The notes under the pieces were generated by a model that saw nothing but the letters and a program-made list of their open reading frames with translations, ran no database searches and was not told the origin of the DNA. Shown piece after piece: positions 9,236-17,980 of a stretch of DNA of 64,000 nt (positions are counted from its first letter, which is position 1; each line of letters opens with the position of its first letter). The position numbers and the translations under genes are program-made. Source of the DNA: Erysipelotrichaceae bacterium (GTDB lineage Bacteria; Bacillota_I; Bacilli_A; RFN20; CAG-826); NCBI GenBank assembly GCA_015058945.1, contig SVBF01000007.1, forward strand, positions 2,230-66,229. The letters are read 5' to 3'.

Positions 9236-9448
9236 TTAGGCCACGATGATCTTCGAGGCCGTAACTCGGTCCAAAGCCAATCGCGAGCCGCGGATCAATA
9301 CGACCACGGCGCCATGTTGAGACGAAAGGACGGTCACCTTGGTATCCTTGCAAAGGCCAAGCGCGGCCAAACGGGCGCTTTCCTTCGGTTCACATCCGAC
9401 GTGGCGGATGGTGACTTCTCGATCGATGGGTGCTAGGAAGATCGGCAT
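9236..9448 (-). CDS. feoA: FeoA-family protein (second copy)
   Basis: 70-aa FeoA-like (REVTIRHV...LGLCKDTKVTV), in tandem with feoA-feoB. Confidence 0.7.
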   Translation of the reverse strand: MPIFLAPIDREVTIRHVGCEPKESARLAALGLCKDTKVTVLSSQHGAVVVLIRGSRLALDRVTASKIIVA

Positions 9449-9507
9449 GTTTCGCTCCAGTTTTGAACCGCAATAATAATATCGTTGCTCATGTGCATTT
9501 CAAGAGA

Positions 9508-9531
9508 AAGTTAAGAAAAATTAACAAAAAG
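9508..9531 (-). promoter_or_regulatory. candidate operator/promoter element (GTTAA-N6-TTAAC), copy 2, upstream of feoA-feoA-feoB
   Basis: AAGTTAAGAAAAATTAACAAAAAG; 20 of 24 positions match the copy at 5211-5234. It is followed on the minus strand by TTGAAA-N17-TATTAT promoter-like hexamers. Confidence 0.4.
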
Positions 9532-9540
9532 AGTTAATCC

Positions 9541-9795
9541 TTATTTACTAAAAAGGAAAAACCCGCGCTTCATCGGCTCCTTTTTGGAATCGAGGACTTG
9601 GTATCCACGCTCCTTAACCGCCTCGATTCCCGGGGTGAAATCCACTCCTTCTTCTAACAGGAAAGTCGCCTTTCCCTTGAGGTGGCTCGCCTTGACTTTT
9701 TTGGCCTTAGGCAAAGCGCGGCGGATGGCGTCGCAGACGTGCGCTTCGCACATCGAGCAATGCATCCCTTCGATTTTCAATGTCACTTGTTCCAT
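9541..9795 (-). CDS. copZ: heavy-metal-associated domain protein (CopZ-like metallochaperone)
   Basis: GMHCSMCEAHV metal-binding motif (GMxCxxC); 84 aa. Confidence 0.75.
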   Translation of the reverse strand: MEQVTLKIEGMHCSMCEAHVCDAIRRALPKAKKVKASHLKGKATFLLEEGVDFTPGIEAVKERGYQVLDSKKEPMKRGFFLFSK

Positions 9796-9877
9796 GTTTA
9801 GATTACTTAACTTTCCGTTAGTTTAGTCGTTTTCTTTCCTTTTAGGAAGAGTAGAATGACCAACGAGGTCAATAATT

Positions 9878-11080
9878 ATGGACAAAGACATTCAACGTTT
9901 CATCGATTACGTCAAAATCGACACCCAATCCGACGACCAATCCTTCACTGTGCCAAGCACCGCGAAGCAACTCAATCTCTCCCGTAAGCTGCAGGCCGAC
10001 CTCAAAGAGCTCGGCATCGATTCCGAACTCGACGAATTCGGTTGCGTCTACGCGCGTCTAGACGGAGAAAAGGGACTCGACCCCATCGGGCTTAACTCCC
10101 ACGTCGACACCGCCTTGGAATGCTCGGGCGAAAACGTCAAACCCAAAATCATCGAGAATTATGACGGCGGACGCATCGAACTCGGCCATGGCTATTCCAT
10201 GTCCCCCGCGGAATTCCCAACCCTTGGCGACCATATCGGCGATACCCTCATCACCACTTCCGGCGACACCTTGCTCGGCGCCGACGACAAGGCGGGATTG
10301 GCCATCATCATGGCCGTCCTCGACCATTACGTCTCCCATCCTGAGGAGAAGCACCACCCCATCTGCGTCCTTTTCACCCCCGACGAGGAAATCGGCCGCG
10401 GCCCGGACCACTTCAATCCCGAGAAGTTCGGTGCCAAATATGCCTATACCGTCGACGGCGGCGTCTATGACGAAATCGCGTGCAAGACCTTCAACGCCGC
10501 CCATGCCGACGTGATTCTCCATGGCATCTCCATCCACCCCGGCGAAGCCAAGGGCAAGATGGTCAACGCCTCCGACCTCGCCTTCGCCTTCGACCATGCC
10601 CTTCCCGCCGAAAAGCGTCCCCAATTCACTGAAGGGTATGAGGGCTTCAACCATCTCGTGAGCCTCACTTCCGGCGTCGACGAGGCCAAGATGCATTACA
10701 TCATCCGCAACCACGACCGTGCCAAGCTCGAGGAACAAAAAGAAGAGTTCCGCAAAGCCAGGGAAGCAGTCCTTAAGGCCTACCCCGGCGTCACGATCGA
10801 CCTATCCATCGGCGACGACTACCGCAACATGAAAGAAGTCATCGACACCTGCCCCGAATGCGTCGAAAAAGTCTGCAAAGCCTACGAAAAACTCGGATTC
10901 AAGCCCATTTGGAAACCCATTCGCGGCGGCACCGACGGCGCGGGATTCTCCTTCAAGGGAGTCCCCACCCCCAACCTCCCCACCGGCTCGTTCAACCACC
11001 ACGGCCGCTTCGAATATCTCTCGGTCACCGAGTTCAAGCGCATCAAGGCGATCGTCATTGAGATGCTCCGCGCCGAATAA
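9878..11080 (+). CDS. pepT: peptidase T (tripeptide aminopeptidase, M20B)
   Basis: MDKDIQRFIDYVKIDTQSDDQS N-terminus and M20 metal ligands (HVDT, GADDKAG, DEEIG); 400 aa. Confidence 0.85.
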   Translation: MDKDIQRFIDYVKIDTQSDDQSFTVPSTAKQLNLSRKLQADLKELGIDSELDEFGCVYARLDGEKGLDPIGLNSHVDTALECSGENVKPKIIENYDGGRIELGHGYSMSPAEFPTLGDHIGDTLITTSGDTLLGADDKAGLAIIMAVLDHYVSHPEEKHHPICVLFTPDEEIGRGPDHFNPEKFGAKYAYTVDGGVYDEIACKTFNAAHADVILHGISIHPGEAKGKMVNASDLAFAFDHALPAEKRPQFTEGYEGFNHLVSLTSGVDEAKMHYIIRNHDRAKLEEQKEEFRKAREAVLKAYPGVTIDLSIGDDYRNMKEVIDTCPECVEKVCKAYEKLGFKPIWKPIRGGTDGAGFSFKGVPTPNLPTGSFNHHGRFEYLSVTEFKRIKAIVIEMLRAE

Positions 11081-11087
11081 ACAAATC

Positions 11088-11117
11088 GCGGTCCGAATGA
11101 AAGGGCCGCTTTCTTTT
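11088..11117 (+). terminator. intrinsic terminator after pepT
   Basis: GCGGTCC-GAATGAAAG-GGCCGC hairpin followed by TTTCTTTT. Confidence 0.45.
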
Positions 11118-11122
11118 ATGCA

Positions 11123-11149
11123 ATAAAAAACCTCCCGGCGTTCGGGAGG
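11123..11149 (-). terminator. intrinsic terminator after tRNA-Gln
   Basis: CCTCCCGAACGCCGGGAGG hairpin followed by UUUUUU on the minus strand. Confidence 0.5.
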
Positions 11150-11161
11150 ATGGTTCGCTAT

Positions 11162-11236
11162 TGGCTGGGGTGACTGGGATCGAACCAGTGCATGCGGATT
11201 TCAGAGACCCGTGCCTTACCGCTTGGCTACACCCCA
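11162..11236 (-). tRNA. tRNA-Gln (anticodon CUG), CCA encoded
   Basis: Cloverleaf TGGGGTGTAGCCAAGCGGTAAGGCACGGGTCTCTGAAATCCG...GGTTCGATCCCAGTCACCCCAGCCA. Anticodon loop is CU-CUG-AA. Firmicutes tRNA-Gln-like acceptor and D arm. Confidence 0.8.
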
Positions 11237-11397
11237 AAGCGGGATTAATTGTACACGTTTCGACCTGTCGGTCAATGACTTTCGGCGCGAGTTTTGGCAC
11301 GGGCGCGTGACTATCTTAGGCATCAATGTTAAGTATCCGCCCGCAGTGCGTGTGCACTATTGCCTTTTTGGTCTTAGGTTTTATCCTAATTAATGAC

Positions 11398-12186
11398 ATG
11401 AAGATCTTCGACGCCCACGCACACATTGCGTCTTGGCCGACCTTGGAGGAGAGCAAAAGCGACCTCCTTTTGGGCATGCTTCAGCATAACGTCGAGGCAA
11501 GCCTCATCTCCAACGCCGACTGCGCCACTTTCCCGAGTGAACGCAAGCGTGACGTCCCTTCCCTTAGCGCAGCCAGTGGCCTACGCATCGCCATCGAATT
11601 CGCCAGGGAATATCCCGGCAAGATCTATTGCGGCGCGTGGGTAACCCCGCGCAGGGAGAAGGTCCCCTCCAAAGATTTGGTCGCCCTTATCGAAGATAAC
11701 CTCGACGTGGTGAAATGCCTGAAGCTGCATCCGTTTTGCGAACGAATGTCACCCGACGATCCCAGGATGGACCCCTATTACGATTTGGCCGAACATCTCA
11801 ACCTTCCCTTCCTCGTCCACACGGCCCTCGACCCGGATTCCTCGATCGGATGTCTCGTCGCCGCGGCCAAAAAGCGACCGAACGTCCGCTTCGTCGCCGC
11901 CCACTTGGAATTATGTTCCAACCACCTTTACGCAATCGACGCCATCTCCGATTTGCCTAACGTCTACTGCGACACGGCATGGGTGGAGATGAACATCGCC
12001 AAAAATGCGCTTGAGACCCTCGGCCCCGGACGCGTGTTCTTTGGCACCGACGCCCCGGTCGATGGCTCGTCCACCTTGGACCACCCCTTCTACCGAGCCT
12101 ACTTCGAAAACGCCGAAAACTTGGATCCAACCACCTATGAGGCGTTGATGCGCGAAAACGCGAAGACCTTCTACAAGATCCCCTAA
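11398..12186 (+). CDS. amidohydrolase-family (TIM-barrel metal-dependent hydrolase) protein
   Basis: N-terminal MKIFDAHAHI metal-binding HxH motif and a later His/Asp pattern. The start is taken at the internal ATG rather than the track start. Confidence 0.55.
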   Translation: MKIFDAHAHIASWPTLEESKSDLLLGMLQHNVEASLISNADCATFPSERKRDVPSLSAASGLRIAIEFAREYPGKIYCGAWVTPRREKVPSKDLVALIEDNLDVVKCLKLHPFCERMSPDDPRMDPYYDLAEHLNLPFLVHTALDPDSSIGCLVAAAKKRPNVRFVAAHLELCSNHLYAIDAISDLPNVYCDTAWVEMNIAKNALETLGPGRVFFGTDAPVDGSSTLDHPFYRAYFENAENLDPTTYEALMRENAKTFYKIP

Positions 12187-12212
12187 CCCGTCATATCATA
12201 AGGAGTCATAAT

Positions 12213-12758
12213 ATGAAGACATTGCTCGTCGGCTTCGGCCCCTACGCCGGAGACAAAGAAAACCCCGCGGAGAAGATCGTCCGTTCTTTCTCCTCCAAAG
12301 ACGTCAAGCCCCTCGTCCTCGACGCGAGCTACGCCAAAGTTCGCAAGCTCGATGAGGTCATCGCCAAGGAGAAACCGGATTTCGTCATCACGTTGAACCT
12401 CTCCCCCTTCCGTAAGGAACCGGCCATTGAGGAATACGCCTATAACGAGATGAATTCCGTCCAGCCGGACATCGAGGGCCAGATCATGCTCGGCGAGAAG
12501 ATCGTCGAAAGCGGCCCGAAATCCCTCAATTGTCCCCTCGACATCCCCTCCATCCAGCAATATCTCGCCTCCAGGGGCAACGCCATCGCGATCTCCATCG
12601 ACCCCGGACGCTTTGTCTGCAACGAGGCCTCTTATCTCGCCCGTCTTTCCGGCGTGCCTTCCCTTAGCCTCCACGTCCCCTTGGAAAAAGACTTCCCCAT
12701 CGCGGAGGAAGTCGAGATCATCGAAGGGCTCATTGAATACTTCGAGGCCAGTCGCTAA
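12213..12758 (+). CDS. pcp: pyroglutamyl-peptidase I (pyrrolidone-carboxylate peptidase, C15)
   Basis: MKTLLVGFGPY N-terminus, catalytic Cys context GRFVCNEASY and His context LHVPL; RBS AAGGAG. Confidence 0.75.
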   Translation: MKTLLVGFGPYAGDKENPAEKIVRSFSSKDVKPLVLDASYAKVRKLDEVIAKEKPDFVITLNLSPFRKEPAIEEYAYNEMNSVQPDIEGQIMLGEKIVESGPKSLNCPLDIPSIQQYLASRGNAIAISIDPGRFVCNEASYLARLSGVPSLSLHVPLEKDFPIAEEVEIIEGLIEYFEASR

Positions 12759-12791
12759 ACGGAATCGATGTCGTCTTTGTAAGACAATGAG

Positions 12792-12820
12792 GAGGACCGC
12801 AAGCCACGGTCCTCTTTTTC
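12792..12820 (+). terminator. intrinsic terminator after pcp
   Basis: GAGGACCGCAAGCCACGGTCCTC hairpin followed by TTTTTC. Confidence 0.5.
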
Positions 12821-12936
12821 TTGTTCCAATCCGCGGAGGTCCGATCCGGCCTTGCTCAGGCGCTTGGATTTCCCTTTGACGTACTTTTTCCTGAATTTGG
12901 GCATGATGTAATCTCGCGAGGCATTATACTGGTTCC

Positions 12937-13482
12937 ATGAAAATTTTGATATTCCTCGCCGACGGATTCGAGACCGTCGAAGCGCTGCTCACCCTCGACC
13001 TACTCACGCGTTCTCACCGCTTTGAGATCACGACCGTCTCCATCTCAGGGCAAAAGAGCGTCGCCTCTTCCATCGGAGTCAACGTGGAAGCGGATGCCCT
13101 TTACGAAGAGATCGACCCCTTCGCCTTTGACGCGATTATCCTCCCCGGAGGCAAAAAAGGCGTCGATAACCTTAAGGCTTTCGCCCCGCTTTCCTTACTT
13201 TTGCCCTCGTTCCTGGAAAAAGGCAAAGACGTCCACGCCATCTGCGCCGCCCCGAGCATCCTCGGGTCGCTCGGTTTGCTCAACGACCTCCCCTACACCT
13301 GCTTTCCCGGCTTCGAATGCGGCGAAGGCCATTATCAGGACGTCGGCGTCGTCGAGACCGCCCACATCATCACCGGCCATTCGATGGGATACACGATGGA
13401 ATTCGCCTCCGCCATCATCCGTCATTACTATGGCGAGGAGGCCGTCAAATCCACCCATCCTGGGGTATATGGCCTAAGATAG
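12937..13482 (+). CDS. DJ-1/PfpI (ThiJ) family protein
   Basis: MKILIFLADGFETVEAL...AICAAP (nucleophile elbow Cys); 181 aa. Confidence 0.75.
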   Translation: MKILIFLADGFETVEALLTLDLLTRSHRFEITTVSISGQKSVASSIGVNVEADALYEEIDPFAFDAIILPGGKKGVDNLKAFAPLSLLLPSFLEKGKDVHAICAAPSILGSLGLLNDLPYTCFPGFECGEGHYQDVGVVETAHIITGHSMGYTMEFASAIIRHYYGEEAVKSTHPGVYGLR

Positions 13483-13530
13483 TCCCCACTTTTATCGAAT
13501 TACTTTCTTCCACGCGCGAAAAAAAGGATA

Positions 13531-13944
13531 ATGTTGCCCATGAAAGCCAAAGACCTCGCCACATCGGCCAAACGAGTCCAATTCCTCTATAGCGACTTCA
13601 CCATCGCCGAATCCATCAAGAAGATGGAGAAATGCCATTACACGATGATCCCGGTCATCGAGCGCAACAGCGCCCGTTATCTCTATTCGGTATCTTCCGG
13701 CGACCTTCTTCATCACCTCGTCCTCAACGGGGACATCAAGAAAGTCCTCGACGACCCTCTTTCGACCGTGCGCATCGACCGTCTCACGCTTTCGTGCAAC
13801 GAAGACGTCGAGGTGACGGAGCTCTTCGACCTCGCGGTAAACCAAAACTACATCCCGCTGGTCGATGGGAACGGGACCTTCCGCGGCATCCTTACCCGCC
13901 GCGCGATCCTCTCCTACCTCATGCCCGCGAAAGAAGGAGAATAA
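13531..13944 (+). CDS. CBS-domain protein
   Basis: Tandem CBS-like segments (IPVIERNSARYLYSVSSGDLL...IPLVDGNGTFRGILTRRAIL); 137 aa. Confidence 0.6.
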   Translation: MLPMKAKDLATSAKRVQFLYSDFTIAESIKKMEKCHYTMIPVIERNSARYLYSVSSGDLLHHLVLNGDIKKVLDDPLSTVRIDRLTLSCNEDVEVTELFDLAVNQNYIPLVDGNGTFRGILTRRAILSYLMPAKEGE

Positions 13945-13947
13945 AAC

Positions 13948-14766
13948 ATGCCAGATTGCGACAACAATTGCGCCGCCTGCGACAAAGACTGCGCTTCCCG
14001 CCAAGCGGAAAACCTCAAAGTCGAGGCCAACGAACTTAGCCACGTCAAGAAAGTCATCGCCGTGGTTTCCGGCAAAGGGGGCGTCGGCAAATCCCTCACC
14101 ACCTCTTTGCTCGCCGTAAACGCCAGGCGCAAAGGCCTTAACGTGGCCGTCATGGACGCCGACCTCACCGGCCCCTCCATCCCCAAAGCCTTCGGCTTGA
14201 CCGAAATGGCTACGGCGGACGAAACCCACATCTACCCCGTCCGTACCAAAACCGGCATCGAAACCATCTCGCTCAACCTGCTCCTCGATGACCCCAAGTC
14301 CCCCGTCATTTGGCGTGGGCCGATCCTCGCCGGACTCATCAAGCAGTTCTGGACCGACGTCGCTTATGGCGAAATCGATGAGCTTTACATCGACATGCCC
14401 CCAGGAACGGGCGACGTGCCTCTCACCGCGTTCCAATCCTTGCCGATCGATGGCATCGTCATTGTGACTTCGCCCCAAGACCTCGTCTCTCTCATCGTCG
14501 AGAAGGCCGTTCGCATGGCGGAGATGATGAACATCCCCATTCTTGGCATGGTGGAGAACATGGCTTATCTCGATTGCCCCCACTGCGGGGAGCGCATCTA
14601 CCCCTATGGCCATGGTAACGAAGAAGAGGCCAAGCGATTGAACATCCCCTTCTATGCCTCCTTGCCGATCGATCCGCGTCTTGCCAAGGCGGTCGACGAA
14701 GGAAAAATCGAGGATTACGAAGGCGAATATTTGCTCGATTTAAGCGAACGTTTGCACTCGATTTAA
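13948..14766 (+). CDS. Mrp/NBP35 (ApbC) family Fe-S cluster carrier ATPase
   Basis: N-terminal CxxC (CDNNCAACDKDC), deviant Walker A VVSGKGGVGKS, and a CPHCG motif; RBS GAAGGAG. Confidence 0.85.
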   Translation: MPDCDNNCAACDKDCASRQAENLKVEANELSHVKKVIAVVSGKGGVGKSLTTSLLAVNARRKGLNVAVMDADLTGPSIPKAFGLTEMATADETHIYPVRTKTGIETISLNLLLDDPKSPVIWRGPILAGLIKQFWTDVAYGEIDELYIDMPPGTGDVPLTAFQSLPIDGIVIVTSPQDLVSLIVEKAVRMAEMMNIPILGMVENMAYLDCPHCGERIYPYGHGNEEEAKRLNIPFYASLPIDPRLAKAVDEGKIEDYEGEYLLDLSERLHSI

Positions 14767-14792
14767 TCGCAAAAACCCCATCAAATCCTGAA

Positions 14793-14821
14793 ACCACGCA
14801 GATAATTGCGTGGTTTTTTTC
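14793..14821 (+). terminator. intrinsic terminator after mrp
   Basis: CCACGCAGATAATTGCGTGG hairpin followed by TTTTTTT. Confidence 0.55.
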
Positions 14822-14919
14822 GATCCACTTTGTTACATGAATCCCACGATTAAAAACACTTTAGTAGGAAGGGAGCCGCACCGGTTCTCGCCGAATGAGT
14901 CGTGGAGAAAATACAAATC

Positions 14920-14955
14920 TAATTGCATATTTTTTTGAAAAAGTATGCAGTTAGA
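14920..14955. repeat. 36-bp direct repeat, left copy, flanking the Fic cassette
   Basis: TAATTGCATATTTTTTTGAAAAAGTATGCAGTTAGA is identical to 16030-16065. It contains the internal inverted repeat TGCATA...TATGCA and overlaps the Fic stop codon. Confidence 0.7.
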
Positions 14956-16015
14956 TCTTGTAATACTTTGCGTATTTTCCGCTTTGTATCATCTGAATTT
15001 GCTTTTGCTTCACAAGTTCACCCAACGCTTTTTCTATTGTGGTTCTCGTCAAATTGATAAGGACTTCCTCGATATCAGCTTTGCTTATTGGTGCTTTGGC
15101 GTCGTTTATCACTCGCAATGTTTTGTCATTTGCGAAGCCGTGCATCGAATTAACTTCAATAATATAGGCTAACTTGGAATAACCATCCTTTAAGCAATTG
15201 AGCATAAAATGAACAAAGAAACCGTAATCGTTATTGCTTTCGTGCCATCCGATCGAAGACTTTTCCAAGGCTTCGTAATACCTTTCAACATTATTCAAAA
15301 TTACGTATGAAAGAGAATAATAGCGATCTAAATCATAGCCGTATTTCAAAAGCAAAAAAGTCGTTAAAAGTCTCGACACTCTTCCGTTGCCGTCATAAAA
15401 AGGATGTATGCACAAGAAATCCAGTATGAAGACAAAGATCGCTAATAACGTATTGCACCCAACATCATTCGCGCATTCGTTAAACTGATATACCAAATTG
15501 CCCATTAAGCCTTCGACATCTTGCGGCTTAGAAGGAATGAAAACAGTTCTCACCATGTTTCCGTCCATATCGAATTCGCGGATATAGTTTTGTTCGGTTT
15601 TATATTTGCCGCCAAAATCAGGAGTCAAAGACTCATAGAGGAAATAATGCAAATCTTTGATATAAGACTCTGAAAGGGATTGGTATTTATAGACCTCAAA
15701 AACATTTTCCAGCGCCTTGTTGTAGCCAAATAGGAAATACTCCTCTTTCGTTTCTGGATCCATATGTTTCAAAAGGATATCTTCTTCGCGTCGTTTATTT
15801 ACCTTAATGCCTTCAATCTCGTTGCTCGAAGTAACGCTTCTTCGTTTGTTTAAATCATGTAAACGATTGAGCTTGATCTTTTTAGGCAGATTAAAGGCTT
15901 TCCCTCTATTTACTTCGACAGCCTGAAGCATGGAGATAATCAAGGGGTCGTTTAACCTTGAAACCTGTTCCTTTAAATCAATGAATCGCATGTCATTTTT
16001 GTAATATGATTTCAA
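14951..16015 (-). CDS. Fic-family protein (AMPylation/phosphocholination fold) with N-terminal inhibitory-helix motif
   Basis: Fic motif HPFYDGNGRVSR and an in-cis S-x-x-x-E-G inhibitory motif (SSNEIEG). Strongly AT-rich relative to its neighbours. Confidence 0.8.
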   Translation of the reverse strand: MKSYYKNDMRFIDLKEQVSRLNDPLIISMLQAVEVNRGKAFNLPKKIKLNRLHDLNKRRSVTSSNEIEGIKVNKRREEDILLKHMDPETKEEYFLFGYNKALENVFEVYKYQSLSESYIKDLHYFLYESLTPDFGGKYKTEQNYIREFDMDGNMVRTVFIPSKPQDVEGLMGNLVYQFNECANDVGCNTLLAIFVFILDFLCIHPFYDGNGRVSRLLTTFLLLKYGYDLDRYYSLSYVILNNVERYYEALEKSSIGWHESNNDYGFFVHFMLNCLKDGYSKLAYIIEVNSMHGFANDKTLRVINDAKAPISKADIEEVLINLTRTTIEKALGELVKQKQIQMIQSGKYAKYYKI

Positions 16016-16029
16016 TTATTTGTCAATTT

Positions 16030-16065
16030 TAATTGCATATTTTTTTGAAAAAGTATGCAGTTAGA
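16030..16065. repeat. 36-bp direct repeat, right copy, flanking the Fic cassette
   Basis: Exact copy of 14920-14955, lying just upstream of the Fic start. Confidence 0.7.
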
Positions 16066-16158
16066 ATAATCGATTCGGTATGTTGTAAAATGCCTGAAGC
16101 GCAATAAAAAAACGATAAATGGCTTTTTTGATGGTCATTTATCGTGCTTTGCCAAGTC

Positions 16159-16235
16159 TGGGGCGCAATACGGGAGTCGAACCCGTTCATGCTCGGTTCA
16201 CAGCCGAGTGTGTTCACCGTTTCACCAATTGCGCC
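16159..16235 (-). tRNA. tRNA-His (anticodon GUG) with encoded G-1 and CCA
   Basis: GGCGCAATTGGTGAAACGGTGAACACACTCGGCTGTGAACCGAGC...GGTTCGACTCCCGTATTGCGCCCCA. Anticodon loop CU-GUG-AA, discriminator C73 and extra 5' G are typical of tRNA-His. Confidence 0.75.
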
Positions 16236-16295
16236 ACGGCTTGATTAATATACGAGCCAAAGGCGGCTAAAGCAAGCGATATTTCCCGATTTGGA

Positions 16296-16817
16296 CTAGA
16301 TTATCTTCCGCTTCTTCATCTCTTCCAAGGCGAGGCGTAGCGTAGGCAATTCCCTTCGCTTCACTAATCCCGCGACCTTTTCGTTGCTTTGGGCTTCATA
16401 ACGCGTTATCCATTCCTCGATGGGAAGGTAGAGCGTTTCCTGGATAAAGAGGTCCCCGCTAGAAGCGAAATGGCGACCGACTTGCTTTTTCCTTCGGGCC
16501 AAGAAAAAGCGATTGTGGTTCTCGCGTTGGATCAGATTATAAAAGTCATGGACGTCGCATAACGGGCAGATGATCTCGACCTCATAGCCGAGTTCTTCCC
16601 GACATTCGCGGCAGAAGGCTTGCTCGAAATCCTCGCCTTCGTCCACCCCGCCACCGGGCGTCTCGAAATAATGCTGGTCGCAAAACATGTCATTGCGGTA
16701 GATATGGTGGATCGCGACGCGGTTTTCCTCATCGAGGACGATGCCGCGCGCCACTTTGCGCAGATGGCTCACCCCGGTGAACGGGTATTGGTCGTCTTGG
16801 AAGGAAAAGGAAACCAT
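16296..16817 (-). CDS. NUDIX hydrolase
   Basis: Nudix box GGGVDEGEDFEQAFCRECREELG (GX5EX7REUXEEXGU). Confidence 0.75.
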   Translation of the reverse strand: MVSFSFQDDQYPFTGVSHLRKVARGIVLDEENRVAIHHIYRNDMFCDQHYFETPGGGVDEGEDFEQAFCRECREELGYEVEIICPLCDVHDFYNLIQRENHNRFFLARRKKQVGRHFASSGDLFIQETLYLPIEEWITRYEAQSNEKVAGLVKRRELPTLRLALEEMKKRKII

Positions 16818-16876
16818 AACGGGATTATCTTACGCGCTTAAGCGCATGTGGCAAAGCACCCAAAGGGGCGTAAAAT

Positions 16877-17545
16877 ATGCCTATGGTCTTACGTAACCGT
16901 TTGATTGCCTTACTCTTGCGCATCGCGATATTCGCCTTATACGTGACCTCGGTCGGGGTCTATATCCCACAGTTTGGTTCCTTCTGGGTCGCCATGTGCT
17001 CCTTCAGCGTCGAAATGGGCATCGCGGGTATGGTCTTGGTGGGCTTGGAGATCGTCTTTAACCTCATCGACCTGCGTCATGGCATACACGGTGTTCCCGC
17101 CGGGCCCTATATGCCCATCGGTTTGCCCATCAACGTCTTTTGCATCTTGTCGGGCACGCTTTATTTCACGAGCCTCTTACCGATAAACGCCGCCCCAGGT
17201 GGCACTTATGCCTTGCTTTTCCACCTCACCCTCATCATCGGTTCTTTGGTCGATTGGATCCTGCTCGATGAAAAGGGGACCGTCCGCTTCGTCAACGGCT
17301 TCGTCGCGCAGCTCTATCCGATCTTATTCTTTATCTTTGCCTATTTCCGCACGGTCATCTGGCCGAGCGTCCCCGTCTATAACGGCTTCATGTACCCCTT
17401 GCCGTTTTTGGATTACACGAACCCGAACATCGTCGGTCATGCCTTCGGTTTCTTCGGCCTTACGCTTGGAAGCGTCTCCCTGGCGATCTTCATCAACAAC
17501 CTCCTCGCCGGGCGATATGGGTTTATCTTGAAGGCCGAGGATTGA
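16877..17545 (+). CDS. polytopic membrane protein, unknown function
   Basis: About 6 hydrophobic segments; RBS AAAGGGG. Confidence 0.45.
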   Translation: MPMVLRNRLIALLLRIAIFALYVTSVGVYIPQFGSFWVAMCSFSVEMGIAGMVLVGLEIVFNLIDLRHGIHGVPAGPYMPIGLPINVFCILSGTLYFTSLLPINAAPGGTYALLFHLTLIIGSLVDWILLDEKGTVRFVNGFVAQLYPILFFIFAYFRTVIWPSVPVYNGFMYPLPFLDYTNPNIVGHAFGFFGLTLGSVSLAIFINNLLAGRYGFILKAED

Positions 17546-17969
17546 TGGAACGATAAAAGCCATGGATCATCGGCAGCAAGACATAGCCGCCATAGTTCAC
17601 GAAGACATCCACGACCGTCGGCGAACGCCCCGCGATGAAAAGCTGGATGATCTCCCCTAGCGAGGAGAGAAACGCGCCATAGACGAAGAAGAGGATCCGC
17701 GCGGTCCTTCTTTTTAATGAAGCGACGAAGAAGAGATAGCTGAATAAACCGGTGAGGACGAACAGACAAAAATGGCCGATAAACTTCGAACCGAAACCCA
17801 TCAAGGCGCGCACCTCGTCGTGGCTTAACCTCCCGAAGAAGAAATGGTCATTGATCCAAGGACCGATGACACCGGCGGCGTTTGCATACGTCGCCCCCGA
17901 ATTGAGCGAAGTATAGACCACGAGGATCGATAGCCCGAGCGCGACGATGCCTAAAATCGCTTTTTTCAT
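17523..17969 (-). CDS. VanZ-like family membrane protein
   Basis: Four TM segments plus GEIIQLFIAGRSPTVVDVFVNYGGY, matching the VanZ R..DV..N..G motif. Confidence 0.55.
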   Translation of the reverse strand: MKKAILGIVALGLSILVVYTSLNSGATYANAAGVIGPWINDHFFFGRLSHDEVRALMGFGSKFIGHFCLFVLTGLFSYLFFVASLKRRTARILFFVYGAFLSSLGEIIQLFIAGRSPTVVDVFVNYGGYVLLPMIHGFYRSINPRPSR

Positions 17970-17980
17970 GCTTAGGCATT

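Noticed and set aside
12823-12936. About 50-codon minus-strand ORF (MPKFRKKYVKGKSKRL...)
   Set aside because: It reads straight through the pcp terminator hairpin, has no RBS and is probably a chance basic frame.
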